A DNA stretch of 64,000 nucleotides from Felis catus (lineage: Eukaryota). The translations under genes and the position numbers were made by a program. The stretch spans positions 146,818,001 to 146,882,000 of the forward strand of contig NC_058368.1 of NCBI RefSeq assembly GCF_018350175.1. The letters run 5' to 3'. This document shows positions 63,341 through 64,000 of the stretch, piece after piece (position 1 is the stretch's first letter; each line of letters begins with the position of its first letter). The notes under the pieces were generated by a model. The model searched no databases. It was not told where the DNA came from and saw nothing but the letters and a program-made list of their open reading frames with translations.

Positions 63341-64000
63341 AACCATACTTGCTGGCTTATGCATATATTAATGCATGTATTTAATATTTAAAAATATGTT
63401 TTAGAAAACCTCAATCCCTTTATTGTAAGCACAGATTGGTTACTAGGGAAAAGGTAGGAATGAATCTACATAGTAATCACCGACTCATTAGCCAATAGAA
63501 ATTGAAAATCTGAAGTTCTTTTCACAAGTATAGAAATATACTTCTCTGATTAAACTGCTTAGGTAATACCCTTTATGCTTCTTCTAGGACTTGATGATCC
63601 TGAGATTTCTTTTAGCTTTATGAGTCTACAGTTGATTTAGCAGCCACATTTATTATTTGAAGAAAGCAGGAAAGCTGGTGTTAAATGTTCCTCAAAGTAG
63701 TATTGAGGTTTTAATTGTTACAGGACATATGGAGGAAAGAGACCCTGAGCAGCTCACTTCCAAGCCTGAAAATTTTTCAGTGAATATTTCAAAACACAAT
63801 AGTGTGCCTGTTCAATTAGGAAGCTGTTGGTGTTTATTTGCTTTCACTGCACAGAACTTTGGCTACTCAAGTCATTGTAGCCCTTCCAAATTAATAAAGA
63901 GAAAACTTTTTGTTCACTGGTGAATATTCTATTAATTTTCACTTATGCAAAATCAATGCTACAAAAACTATGGAACACTTTTGATTATGGATTCATATCT

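Overview
This is mammalian, mostly non-coding genomic DNA. Abundant carnivore tRNA-derived SINEs of the felid SINEC_Fc type point to a cat or close relative. No complete protein-coding gene is recognisable. Nearly all listed ORFs come from SINEs, L1, LTRs or microsatellites, and the only clear protein homology is the L1 ORF2 C-terminus at 44953-45414. A CpG island at about 34.0-34.85 kb is the likely promoter of an unidentified gene on the minus strand. Its candidate exons rest on splice signals only (best: 5005-5432). The rest is a mosaic of about 18 SINEs, L1, L2, MIR, LTR and hAT remnants. I found no evidence of a new multi-gene system. The most notable items are: (1) a tailless 44-nt U5 snRNA retrocopy inside an L1 3' UTR; (2) a non-L1 block with two exon-like units replacing part of an L1; (3) a hidden 16-17 bp degenerate minisatellite in the CpG island; (4) several nested or re-used insertion sites; (5) palindromic motif clusters. 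Repeat family names come from recalled consensus sequences and need RepeatMasker/Dfam confirmation.
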